Origin: a virus
Lineage: Duplodnaviria > Caudoviricetes
Strand: one strand, 5' to 3'
Length of the DNA: 40,710 nucleotides
IMG/VR virus record: IMGVR_UViG_3300016667_000241
Location: 1 to 40,710 of that record
Part shown: positions 7,319 through 14,802 of the stretch, one piece after another
Position numbering within the stretch: position 1 is the stretch's first letter
Layout of the letters: each line of letters begins with the position of its first letter
Translations under genes and position numbers: made by a program
Notes under the pieces: model-generated
Seen by the model: the letters and a program-made list of their open reading frames with translations, nothing else
Database searches by the model: none
Told to the model about the DNA's origin: nothing

Positions 7319-8058
7319 AGACAACCGTCATCATCTCCGACCTTCAGGCACCCTACGTGGATAGGCGTGCCGTCGATGCAGTAGCGCAGTTCATCCAGGA
7401 CTACAAGCCCGACAGCGTGGCCTGCGTGGGAGACGAGGCGGACCTGCCGATGCTGTCACGCTGGACCCGAGGCACCAAGGGTGAGTTCACTGGCGACATC
7501 GCCAAGCACAGGGACGTCACTGTCGATGTGCTGAAAACCCTTGGGGTGCAACATCTTTCCCGATCCAACCACGGCGATAGGCTGTGGACTTCCATCTCCA
7601 CCCGCCTGCCTGGCCTCATGGGCCTGCCCGAACTGGAGTACTCAGCCTTCTTCCGTCATGCCGATCTTGGTATCACGTTCCATAAGGAGCCATACCAGTT
7701 GGCGAAGGGCTGGTACCTCATGCATGGTGATGAGGGATCGTTATCAAAACACGGCGGCATGACCGCCGCAGGACTCAGCACCCGCATCGGCGCATCCGTC
7801 GTGTCAGGACACACGCATCGCATCGGCCTCGTGCCCCAGACCGAGATGGTCGGCGCGAAGATCCAGCGTGTCCGCTGGGGATTCGAAGTCGGGCATCTCA
7901 TCGACATCAAGACCAGCGGCATGGCGTACATGAAAGGCATGGCGAACTGGCAGCAAGGTTTCGGCATACTCGTCGAGGATCGTGGCGCTGTCACGCCACT
8001 GCCCGTGCCCATCATCAACAAGTCATTCGTCGTGGACGGGGTGCGCTACGCATGGTGA
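7315..8058 (+). CDS. Calcineurin-like metallophosphoesterase
   Basis: SDLQ, GDEAD, SNH, HG and SGHTH motifs. Confidence 0.85.
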   Translation: MKTTVIISDLQAPYVDRRAVDAVAQFIQDYKPDSVACVGDEADLPMLSRWTRGTKGEFTGDIAKHRDVTVDVLKTLGVQHLSRSNHGDRLWTSISTRLPGLMGLPELEYSAFFRHADLGITFHKEPYQLAKGWYLMHGDEGSLSKHGGMTAAGLSTRIGASVVSGHTHRIGLVPQTEMVGAKIQRVRWGFEVGHLIDIKTSGMAYMKGMANWQQGFGILVEDRGAVTPLPVPIINKSFVVDGVRYAW

Positions 8059-8420
8059 TTTGTGACGTAGTCCCATGTGGGGCCGAGGTATACGCAAAGG
8101 CGGCATGCAAGCCGCACTACGAGCGGCTGCGCTTAGGACGTAGCATGTGGAACGGAAAGGCCAACCCGCGCAAGAAAGATGTCACATACAGCGGTGCGCA
8201 CATGCGCGTGCGTAAAGCGCGTGGGTCTGCTTCCGAATGCACATGTGTGGACTGCGGCAAGCAGGCCATCGACTGGTCGTATGACCGTAATGATCCTGCC
8301 GAACTGGTAGGCCTCACGTCTAGGGGGCACGAGACCACGTACTCGGCAGACCCTGCTCATTACTCACCACGGTGCAGGTCATGCCATGTGGTGTTCGATA
8401 TCAGGGAGTACAAGTGGTAG
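8052..8420 (+). CDS. HNH-type (homing) endonuclease
   Basis: YSGAHMRV...CVDC...DWSY...PRCRSCH..FD; overlaps both neighbours. Confidence 0.7.
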   Translation: MVICDVVPCGAEVYAKAACKPHYERLRLGRSMWNGKANPRKKDVTYSGAHMRVRKARGSASECTCVDCGKQAIDWSYDRNDPAELVGLTSRGHETTYSADPAHYSPRCRSCHVVFDIREYKW

Positions 8421-9103
8421 TCGAGGTGCAGGAGATCAGCAGCACGGATCCAGTATGGCTGGACATCGTGGAACTAGCAGCCCTCGCTGCCCGACCCGTA
8501 GCCCGAGACTACAGGCGCTGGGTAGAAGCGGATGATCTGCGTCAGATCGCAGCCGAGTACGCATTCAAGCGACAGGACAAGGTGCTTGAGTACATGTACG
8601 AGGTGGACGAGGAGACAGGCCAGCACGTGCGCCGCAAGGACAAGGGCAGCCAGCGTGCAGGAGAGACAGCGATGATCACGTTCCTGCGTCGCCGCTGCGA
8701 GCGGCACGCACGCAAGGAGAAGGCGACAGCGCTCGGCTATGAGATGGAGGACGAGTACTTCTACCGTCCGATCATGATCGAGAACCTCATCAAGGTGTGG
8801 GGATCAGGCGAGTACGACATCGCTGGACAGATCCTCGATCCTGCCGAGATGGGTGGCAGGCGTAAGAAGTCCCTGCCTAGCGAGGGCAATGATCTGCTTG
8901 CGATGATGGCAGACATTGACTCAGCGATGAAGCGTCTCGATGACCGTCACCGTCTTGTGCTGGTGCGTAGGGTGGTGGAGGATGAGACTCTGGAATCTAT
9001 CGGCGAGGAACTTGAGATCTCGGCGCAGCGTGTGGACCAGTTGGTGGATGCTGGCGTGCGCAAGGTGATCGAGTTCCTGGGCGGGCGGAATCCAGGCCAG
9101 TAA
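8414..9103 (+). CDS. Sigma-70-like transcription factor (region-4 HTH)
   Basis: C-terminal LDDRHRLVL...TLESIGEELEISAQRVDQL; N-terminal 'EADDLRQ' resembles region 2. Confidence 0.75.
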   Translation: MVVEVQEISSTDPVWLDIVELAALAARPVARDYRRWVEADDLRQIAAEYAFKRQDKVLEYMYEVDEETGQHVRRKDKGSQRAGETAMITFLRRRCERHARKEKATALGYEMEDEYFYRPIMIENLIKVWGSGEYDIAGQILDPAEMGGRRKKSLPSEGNDLLAMMADIDSAMKRLDDRHRLVLVRRVVEDETLESIGEELEISAQRVDQLVDAGVRKVIEFLGGRNPGQ

Positions 9104-9111
9104 AAATGGGC

Positions 9112-9150
9112 AAAAAAAAGAGGGGCCGTCGCGATGACGGCCCCTCTAGT
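9112..9150. terminator. Terminator between convergent blocks (strong for the - strand, probably bidirectional)
   Basis: AGAGGGGCCGTC-gcgat-GACGGCCCCTCT 12-bp stem preceded by an A8 tract. Confidence 0.88.
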
Positions 9151-9152
9151 TG

Positions 9153-9458
9153 TTAGTACTTGTCGATCCATGACACGGGTTTCATGTTCAAGAACATTGC
9201 GCCCACTCCCTCGCCCTCAATGTCGACGAACGAGATCTTCTTCATTGCCTTGCTTGCCTGCAGCATGGTGCTGAATGGTCCGACCGTAATGATCGGACCA
9301 CCCACCATCGTGCGTGCCGTGACGATCCACTGATCGCGATCCTCTCGCGCCTTGTCGAGCGCCTCGATCATGTCCTTTGCTAGCGCCTTGGCGTCATCGC
9401 TGAGGTCGGGGTCCATCATCTTGGCGAGCAGCGTCACCTCAGTAGGTCGCGGTGCCAC
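9153..9458 (-). CDS. Hypothetical protein
   Basis: 3' part of ORF 9153-9737; start uncertain (GTG 9458). Confidence 0.6.
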   Translation of the reverse strand: MAPRPTEVTLLAKMMDPDLSDDAKALAKDMIEALDKAREDRDQWIVTARTMVGGPIITVGPFSTMLQASKAMKKISFVDIEGEGVGAMFLNMKPVSWIDKY

Positions 9459-9840
9459 TGGGCTTGACCAGTTCGATGATGCTGATTTCCTTGATGCCAT
9501 TCGATACGCGCTTGGCATTGTGGTCGAGGATGGTGACACCACACACGGCCACGCCTGTCCGCTTGGGTCCAGTGCGCACTGCCTTGCCCTGCACGTAGCC
9601 GAAGATCTTGTCTCCGTTATCGACCTTGATGCGAACCTCGTCACCCTCGCGGATGAGCCTGGCCAGTGCGTACCACTTGGCCTGCTCTTCCTGTTCCTCG
9701 CGCTCACGCTCGGCATACGCACGGTAGCGATCTTCAACCTTCGCGATCAGGCTGCACTGGCACGTGTGCTCGTAGCATCCGATCTCATTGCATTCATTGA
9801 TGATGCACAGATCATCGTGCTCTTCTTGGTACTCACACAT
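9439..9840 (-). CDS. Hypothetical protein with His/Cys N-terminus and possible SH3-like C-terminus
   Basis: AAGGAG SD before ATG 9840. Confidence 0.65.
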   Translation of the reverse strand: MCEYQEEHDDLCIINECNEIGCYEHTCQCSLIAKVEDRYRAYAEREREEQEEQAKWYALARLIREGDEVRIKVDNGDKIFGYVQGKAVRTGPKRTGVAVCGVTILDHNAKRVSNGIKEISIIELVKPSGTATY

Positions 9841-9842
9841 AA

Positions 9843-10154
9843 CTACTCTCCTTCTGTCGGGACGGTATCGAAACAAACAGCGTCACTCATGCGCTCGACG
9901 TCGTCGAGCCTCTCGTACATAGCGTACACGTTGACCACGCCATCCTCAGTCACGGCACTCGCAGTGCAGCCACGATAGGCAGGGAACCTGCCAGCCCGAA
10001 TGTTGTAGGCGTACGTGTGTGCGTTCTGCTGCCGCTCCAGCGGGTAGGTGCGGACGATAGCGGAACGGTTCGGGTTACTGCGTAGTTCCATTGCGGCGTC
10101 GGTTGCTCGCTTGCGGCGGTCGTATCCGCCCTTGGGTTCCTTGAATTCCAGCAT
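9843..10154 (-). CDS. Hypothetical protein
   Basis: AGAAAGGA SD before ATG 10154. Confidence 0.65.
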   Translation of the reverse strand: MLEFKEPKGGYDRRKRATDAAMELRSNPNRSAIVRTYPLERQQNAHTYAYNIRAGRFPAYRGCTASAVTEDGVVNVYAMYERLDDVERMSDAVCFDTVPTEGE

Positions 10155-10256
10155 GATCTGATCCTTTCTGAGTTGTGCACGTGAGGCGGGATGCTTCCCA
10201 TCGGGTAACCGCTCCAACGGAATCCGATATACACCCCGCCTCACGGCGTCTGTGGG

Positions 10257-11222
10257 TTACTGCGCTGCGAGTTCCAGCGCCTTAGCCTTGAAGGCGATGT
10301 CGCGCCCGTACAGGGCACGCTCGACACGGTTGCCTGCCGAGTAGTAGTCCGAGTACTCGACCGCCGCATGGAACAGCGACGCCTTCGTGTGCCGCACGTT
10401 GGCGTTGGTCGGTGCCTCCTCGATGAGGTAGCGCAGACGGTCACGACCAGCGAGAGCGCGAGTCACCTGCGACTTCTGCCCACGGGTGAGCAGTTCCTCA
10501 CGGGTGTTGAGCAGCGACGGTGCGACGGGGAACATCGCGTTGATGAACCGATCCTTCTGCACCTTGCTGGCTGACTGGTCAGACAGTTCGATGATCTGCT
10601 GCTCGAACGTCTCGATCGAGCGCACTGCCCCGACCACTGCGGCACGGAAGTCCTTCAGATAGTCGGCAGCGTTAGCGGTGTGACGGATCTGCATCAGCGC
10701 ACCCTTCTTGCTCACCATCGTGGGCATCTGGTTCGCGCAAGCGACGCGCTCCATCCAGCCACGTGCCGTGGTCGCACCGCTACCGTCGTGCGTGGTGGCG
10801 ATGAGGATGTTGCGATGCGTCGGATCGAACGAGTCCAACTTCGATTCACCCGACAGGCGAGCGAGCATGAACACACGCGCACCATCGTTGGTGTAGCCAG
10901 CCTGCGGGATGGACTCGACGATGCCCTCACGCATGAGGATGTCGAGAGGTGCGAACACCTCGTCGTTCTGCAGCACACCGTACTTCGCGCTCATGATTGA
11001 GAGCGGCTTGAGTGTGTCGGTGCGGATGATGCCAGCGTGCTGCGGGAAGTCGATCACGCCTGCCCCGTTGGGGTCGATGTAGGTGGAGTGAATGTCGACC
11101 TTCGCCACTCGGTAGTCGAGGTCGGCGATGTGCATTGCCTGATCGACGCTGGTTGCGTCGGCGGTGTTGATGAGGGTCTTGCCGAACAGGTTGTTGATGC
11201 GGTGACGGGTTGCAGTGTTCAT
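10257..11222 (-). CDS. DUF932/DUF945-family phage/plasmid protein
   Basis: IRTDT..PL...S.KY..LQN, G.RVF, THDGSG, RVACANQ, IRHT and 'AAVEYSDY' motifs. Confidence 0.85.
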   Translation of the reverse strand: MNTATRHRINNLFGKTLINTADATSVDQAMHIADLDYRVAKVDIHSTYIDPNGAGVIDFPQHAGIIRTDTLKPLSIMSAKYGVLQNDEVFAPLDILMREGIVESIPQAGYTNDGARVFMLARLSGESKLDSFDPTHRNILIATTHDGSGATTARGWMERVACANQMPTMVSKKGALMQIRHTANAADYLKDFRAAVVGAVRSIETFEQQIIELSDQSASKVQKDRFINAMFPVAPSLLNTREELLTRGQKSQVTRALAGRDRLRYLIEEAPTNANVRHTKASLFHAAVEYSDYYSAGNRVERALYGRDIAFKAKALELAAQ

Positions 11223-11224
11223 GA

Positions 11225-11368
11225 TTAGTTCTCCTTGTTTGCGTTGTGGTTTTTGAAGTATTTCTCTGCCTGATTGTAGCCGTATTCGTAGCCAGTGTCA
11301 CGTCCCATGACGTAGCCCAAGGCGAGAGTGCCGAGGGCCACGACCATGAGGAACAGGACGCACGTCAT
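11225..11368 (-). CDS. Small single-pass membrane protein
   Basis: Hydrophobic N-terminus VLFLMVVALGTLALGYVMG. Confidence 0.55.
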   Translation of the reverse strand: MTCVLFLMVVALGTLALGYVMGRDTGYEYGYNQAEKYFKNHNANKEN

Positions 11369-11595
11369 GCGACATCGTCCGTGATGCCTTCGGCATCGTC
11401 GCTCCATGCATCACGCAGTGCAGCCTCAAGTTCGAGGGCAAGGGTACGTGCCTCCTTGATGTCGAGCAGCAGTGCGTCGCCGTATCCGAATGCGATACGG
11501 ATGCGAGGGCCGAGGCCCGTGTCGTTCATGTAATCCGAGCGGATCCTGGTGTAGTAGTTGTCGGTATCGATCTTCTGACCGAGGCTCATAAACAT
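11365..11595 (-). CDS. Hypothetical protein
   Basis: AGGAG SD; coupled to the next gene. Confidence 0.6.
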   Translation of the reverse strand: MFMSLGQKIDTDNYYTRIRSDYMNDTGLGPRIRIAFGYGDALLLDIKEARTLALELEAALRDAWSDDAEGITDDVA

Positions 11596-11611
11596 TGTCG
11601 TACTCCTGTCG

Positions 11612-11854
11612 TTAGTTGTTGTTGGCGTACCATCTGGCAAGGCTAGCATACTCGCGGTCATAGGCGTCGTGCCCTGCCTCGATGCACCGCTCGCACAATC
11701 CATCCACGTACATGTGGTACGGGGTGGCGAGATCCCCACAGTTGGGGCACGTGACCGAGGGGACGGTCTCGCATGTGTCGCACATGTCCACCCCGAAGGT
11801 GGGCACGTTACATGTAACGCACGATTCGTACATGATGCTGTCGTTGATGCTCAT
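11612..11854 (-). CDS. Multi-CxxC zinc-finger protein, 80 aa
   Basis: Four CxxC pairs; GGAGG SD. Confidence 0.65.
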   Translation of the reverse strand: MSINDSIMYESCVTCNVPTFGVDMCDTCETVPSVTCPNCGDLATPYHMYVDGLCERCIEAGHDAYDREYASLARWYANNN

Positions 11855-12067
11855 CTAGTCCTCCACTTCAACGTCGTAGGTGAGCACGCTGTCCTTGCCC
11901 AGCGTGCAGGTGAAAGCCTTCGCCTGCCCGAAGGCGTACTCGTAGTGCGCCTCGATGTAGTACTTGCCGTCAGCCGTGCGATCAGCACGAGTGACGACGA
12001 CGGAATCGTTCGGACGATGCCCGACCTCGATCATGTGGGCGGGCACCTCGATCTTGTAGTTGCTCAT
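11855..12067 (-). CDS. Hypothetical protein (MSNYKIEVPAHM...)
   Basis: First gene after the repeat at 12096-12120; GGAG SD. Confidence 0.65.
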   Translation of the reverse strand: MSNYKIEVPAHMIEVGHRPNDSVVVTRADRTADGKYYIEAHYEYAFGQAKAFTCTLGKDSVLTYDVEVED

Positions 12068-12095
12068 GACTTGCTCCGTTCTGTAGTTGATGACT

Positions 12096-12120
12096 CCATT
12101 ATGGCATGTATGAGGGAAAC
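12096..12120 (-). promoter_or_regulatory. Early promoter-like repeat, copy 4 (GTTTCCCTCATACATGCCATAATGG)
   Basis: One of four co-oriented 25-bp repeats; contains TG-n-CATAAT extended -10. Confidence 0.8.
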
Positions 12121-12459
12121 TTAGTCGTCCCAGCCGATGCGGCGCGAGAGATCCTTGACCGCTGACATGAGGCTGCCGAAGTAGTGACCGTCGTGGCAGA
12201 GGATGCCGTCGCGCAGGTCCGTCGTCGGCGAGGCGAGGTGGTAGCGCCACGTCACGTACTCGTGACCGCTCACACCCTTGAGGACGTAGGCCAGGACGTA
12301 ACCCTTGCCGCCATCCTCGTGGTGGTAGGCGATGACCGTCGCCCCATTCGGCAGCACATCGCCCACGTACGGGTGATCGATCCGACCGAACTCGTGCGCC
12401 TCGTGCGCACCCCACTCCTGCCCAGCCATGCCGCGCAGATTCAGATTCGATGTATCCAT
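12121..12459 (-). CDS. Hypothetical protein (GDVLPNGATVIA...HEYVTW)
   Basis: AAGGGA SD before ATG 12459. Confidence 0.65.
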   Translation of the reverse strand: MDTSNLNLRGMAGQEWGAHEAHEFGRIDHPYVGDVLPNGATVIAYHHEDGGKGYVLAYVLKGVSGHEYVTWRYHLASPTTDLRDGILCHDGHYFGSLMSAVKDLSRRIGWDD

Positions 12460-12558
12460 GATTGATCCCTTCGATAGGAAAGAGTAACCGTCTGTCACTC
12501 ACGGCACGAGGCATGACGTGGGAGGACGCCATGCCCCGCACCGAAGGGGACAGAAAGA

Positions 12559-12720
12559 CTAGCGGGACTGCGTCAGCAGGCCCAGGTTATCGAGGTGCTG
12601 CCTGATCGCCTCACTCACGAGATCGTGCGCATCCTGGCGCACCTCGCTGCGAGCGATACCGTACTCGCGCATCCACGAGTCGACATCGACGTCGACCGTG
12701 ACCTTCACCGAAACCTTCAC
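12559..12720 (-). CDS. Small hypothetical protein (MKVSVKVTVDVDVDSWMREYG...)
   Basis: GGAGG SD; GTGA coupling. Confidence 0.65.
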   Translation of the reverse strand: MKVSVKVTVDVDVDSWMREYGIARSEVRQDAHDLVSEAIRQHLDNLGLLTQSR

Positions 12721-12929
12721 CGATCTACCTCCGCCATGATGAGCGCGCCAACAGGCTGCCGATCTATCTCGATGAACATGCGCTCCGACTCGGGGTACGA
12801 GCGCCAACCTCGCACCGTCACGCAGTCGTCGTGCGTCGTCACGATGAGGGCATCAGCGAGTGCCTTAACCAAGCGCACCGCGTCCGACTTGGTCATGACG
12901 CAGTCAAGTTCGTACTGAATTCCGTTCAT
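12717..12929 (-). CDS. Hypothetical protein
   Basis: AAGGAG SD; first gene after the repeat at 12959-12983. Confidence 0.65.
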   Translation of the reverse strand: MNGIQYELDCVMTKSDAVRLVKALADALIVTTHDDCVTVRGWRSYPESERMFIEIDRQPVGALIMAEVDR

Positions 12930-12958
12930 TGCCTTGCTCCTTTGCTCGATTGATATCT

Positions 12959-12983
12959 CCATTGTTGCATCTATGAGGGAAAC
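12959..12983 (-). promoter_or_regulatory. Early promoter-like repeat, copy 3 (GTTTCCCTCATAGATGCAACAATGG)
   Basis: Matches the 25-bp consensus. Confidence 0.75.
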
Positions 12984-13091
12984 CTAGTGAAACAGGAGGA
13001 CGGACAGCCCCTCGACCAGGGCAGTGCCGCCCGTGAGGGCGGACGCCACGAGGACGCCCACCACCACACGACCGCGCCTCGTCAGCCTCAT
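12984..13091 (-). CDS. 35-aa membrane microprotein (MRLTRRGRVVVGVLVASALTGG...)
   Basis: Hand-translated; basic N-terminus followed by a hydrophobic helix; ATGA coupling. Confidence 0.6.
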   Translation of the reverse strand: MRLTRRGRVVVGVLVASALTGGTALVEGLSVLLFH

Positions 13092-13795
13092 GCCGTCACC
13101 CACTTCGCGCCAGTGCCGTGCGCCTCGATGTAGATCGAGACCGCGCCCTTGACCGCGCCCTCACGAGTGCCAGCGCACGCCCCGCAGTCGAGGCACGACG
13201 TGCCACGAGCGACCGACAGGCACAACGTTGACCCCTGCGGGCGCTCCGCACCCTTCGGGACCACGATGAACGAGCGGTAACCCTTGCGCCGCGCATCGAG
13301 GTAGTCCTGCATGCCATCCGCCGACGCCATGAGGTAATCGGCGTAGCCTGCCTCGATCGCACGCCACTGGTGCGTGTACCCCGTCCAGCCGTCGGACAGG
13401 CGAGCCAGCAAGGCGAGCCGATCCAGCGGAACCATGCCAGGATCCCCATACGCCCCGAAGCGCACCTTGCGACCACGCAGCAGACCCCACTCCTTGCGAG
13501 TGAAGCGAGCGTACCCACCACGCTTGTACTTCCGCCACACCGACAGCGGAGCCTGCCCGACGTTCACGTAGCACGAGCGGCCACGATCCACGCCACCACG
13601 ATGCGGGCACTGCCCGCAGATCGACTCATCCTCGCGAGTCTTCACTGCCTCGACAGGGTCGATGTCCTGGCGCAGAATCCACGTCTGCACCATGTCACCC
13701 GTCTTCCTGTTCGTCGTCGACATCGTCATGATCATCACGATCGGCGCACCGTCAACGGGTGATGCGCCTTCCCACACGATGAAACCCTTGCTCAT
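13088..13795 (-). CDS. gp88-like / radical-SAM-related Fe-S protein
   Basis: N.KTG, CGQC...CYV, RFGAYGDP (GGEP-like), GYTHQW, ASAD, C-terminal C..CxxCxxC and HG; GGGAGG SD. Confidence 0.65.
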   Translation of the reverse strand: MSKGFIVWEGASPVDGAPIVMIMTMSTTNRKTGDMVQTWILRQDIDPVEAVKTREDESICGQCPHRGGVDRGRSCYVNVGQAPLSVWRKYKRGGYARFTRKEWGLLRGRKVRFGAYGDPGMVPLDRLALLARLSDGWTGYTHQWRAIEAGYADYLMASADGMQDYLDARRKGYRSFIVVPKGAERPQGSTLCLSVARGTSCLDCGACAGTREGAVKGAVSIYIEAHGTGAKWVTA

Positions 13796-13820
13796 AACTG
13801 CCTCCCAACAATTTGCTGAT

Positions 13821-13871
13821 GGACTCATCAGGGCGAGCACTCACTCGCCGACGCCTCACGGCGTTTCGTCC
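13821..13871 (-). ncRNA. Type II hammerhead ribozyme
   Basis: 5'-GGAC GAAAC GCC-GUGA-GGC GUC^ GGCGAG-UGAGUG-CUCGCC CUGAUGA GUCC-3'. All conserved core nucleotides and three perfect stems are present. Confidence 0.93.
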
Positions 13872-13876
13872 TGTCA

Positions 13877-13901
13877 CCATTATGGCATTCACGAGGGAAA
13901 C
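13877..13901 (-). promoter_or_regulatory. Early promoter-like repeat, copy 2 (GTTTCCCTCGTGAATGCCATAATGG)
   Basis: Matches the consensus; directly upstream of the hammerhead. Confidence 0.8.
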
Positions 13902-14203
13902 TAGCGGCCAATGGACGTCGCCACACACCCAGGGCACGAGTCATACTCCGACTCCAGCCACTCCTCCTCGCACGCCTCGCACCAGATCCACACGGGAGGC
14001 GTATCCCAATCCTCCTCCTCCTCCTCCCACTCCACGACCGACGCGCCCTCAAAGCGCAAACCCGTACGAATCACGATCTGCCCATCAGGCCCCACGTGCC
14101 ACGTGCCACGATCCAGAACCTCCATCACAGCCAGCAGACGCTTCTCCATCGAATCGTCCACGATCCACTCCGCAACCTTCCGCGAACCCAACTCACTACG
14201 CAT
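13901..14203 (-). CDS. Hypothetical acidic protein with C-terminal zinc ribbon; first early gene
   Basis: GGGAGG SD; CEAC...CPGC. Confidence 0.7.
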   Translation of the reverse strand: MRSELGSRKVAEWIVDDSMEKRLLAVMEVLDRGTWHVGPDGQIVIRTGLRFEGASVVEWEEEEEDWDTPPVWIWCEACEEEWLESEYDSCPGCVATSIGR

Positions 14204-14246
14204 GACAACCTCCCAGATGATCAGACCGACCCTCGATCCAATAACA

Positions 14247-14271
14247 CCATTCTAACATCCACGAGGGAAAC
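14247..14271 (-). promoter_or_regulatory. Early promoter-like repeat, copy 1 (GTTTCCCTCGTGGATGTTAGAATGG)
   Basis: Matches the consensus; TG-n-TAGAAT extended -10. Confidence 0.8.
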
Positions 14272-14796
14272 ACACCCCCCAGCCCACGCACCGCGACAGT
14301 GGCCAGGCCCCCCGCGTCCGATGCCGTTCGTTTCGCGCCCCAGTGGCGTCGAGAGGCCCCCGTGGGGCCACGTGAGGAGGGGGGAGGGGTGCGTCCGTGA
14401 GGGGGAAGAGGCGACCCCAGGGTGTTTAAGGTGGGGGGCGGGTACCGTACCGTGTGTCCTTCTGAAAATATTCAACTGGAGTTTTGGGTGGTGTGGTTTG
14501 TAAATTTTTTTCTGATGGGGGGTATTTTTTGTGGATGAATTGGGACATACTGGGACACGCTTTACAAAGATTTAACCTAACTACCCCTTGAAATGGCCTG
14601 TTTTTCAAGGCCCCTCTACTAGTAAAGAGACTTTTTATATGCAGCAAGGGGCTGCGCCCCAGGCTGCTTCGAATTCGTTTTTAGGGTACTTGCGGCGTGG
14701 GGTCTGCCATTGCGGTGGCCCCCCTATTTTTGTGCCCTGTTGTTCCTGTTTCTTCCCTGCTGCCCGCCTTTGGCGGCGGGCCGCTAGTGGAAGGTA
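14272..14796. other. Non-coding divergent region; candidate physical genome end / packaging site
   Basis: Lies between the leftward early genes and the terminase; G-tracts, T-tracts and short inverted and direct repeats. Confidence 0.45.
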
Positions 14797-14802
14797 GTGT
14801 GT

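Noticed and set aside
12096-14271. CRISPR array or integron attC array
   Set aside because: Spacers are gene-sized and irregular; the repeats are non-palindromic with a -10 box; GTTTCCC does not fit the GTTRRRY core; no cas1 or intI.
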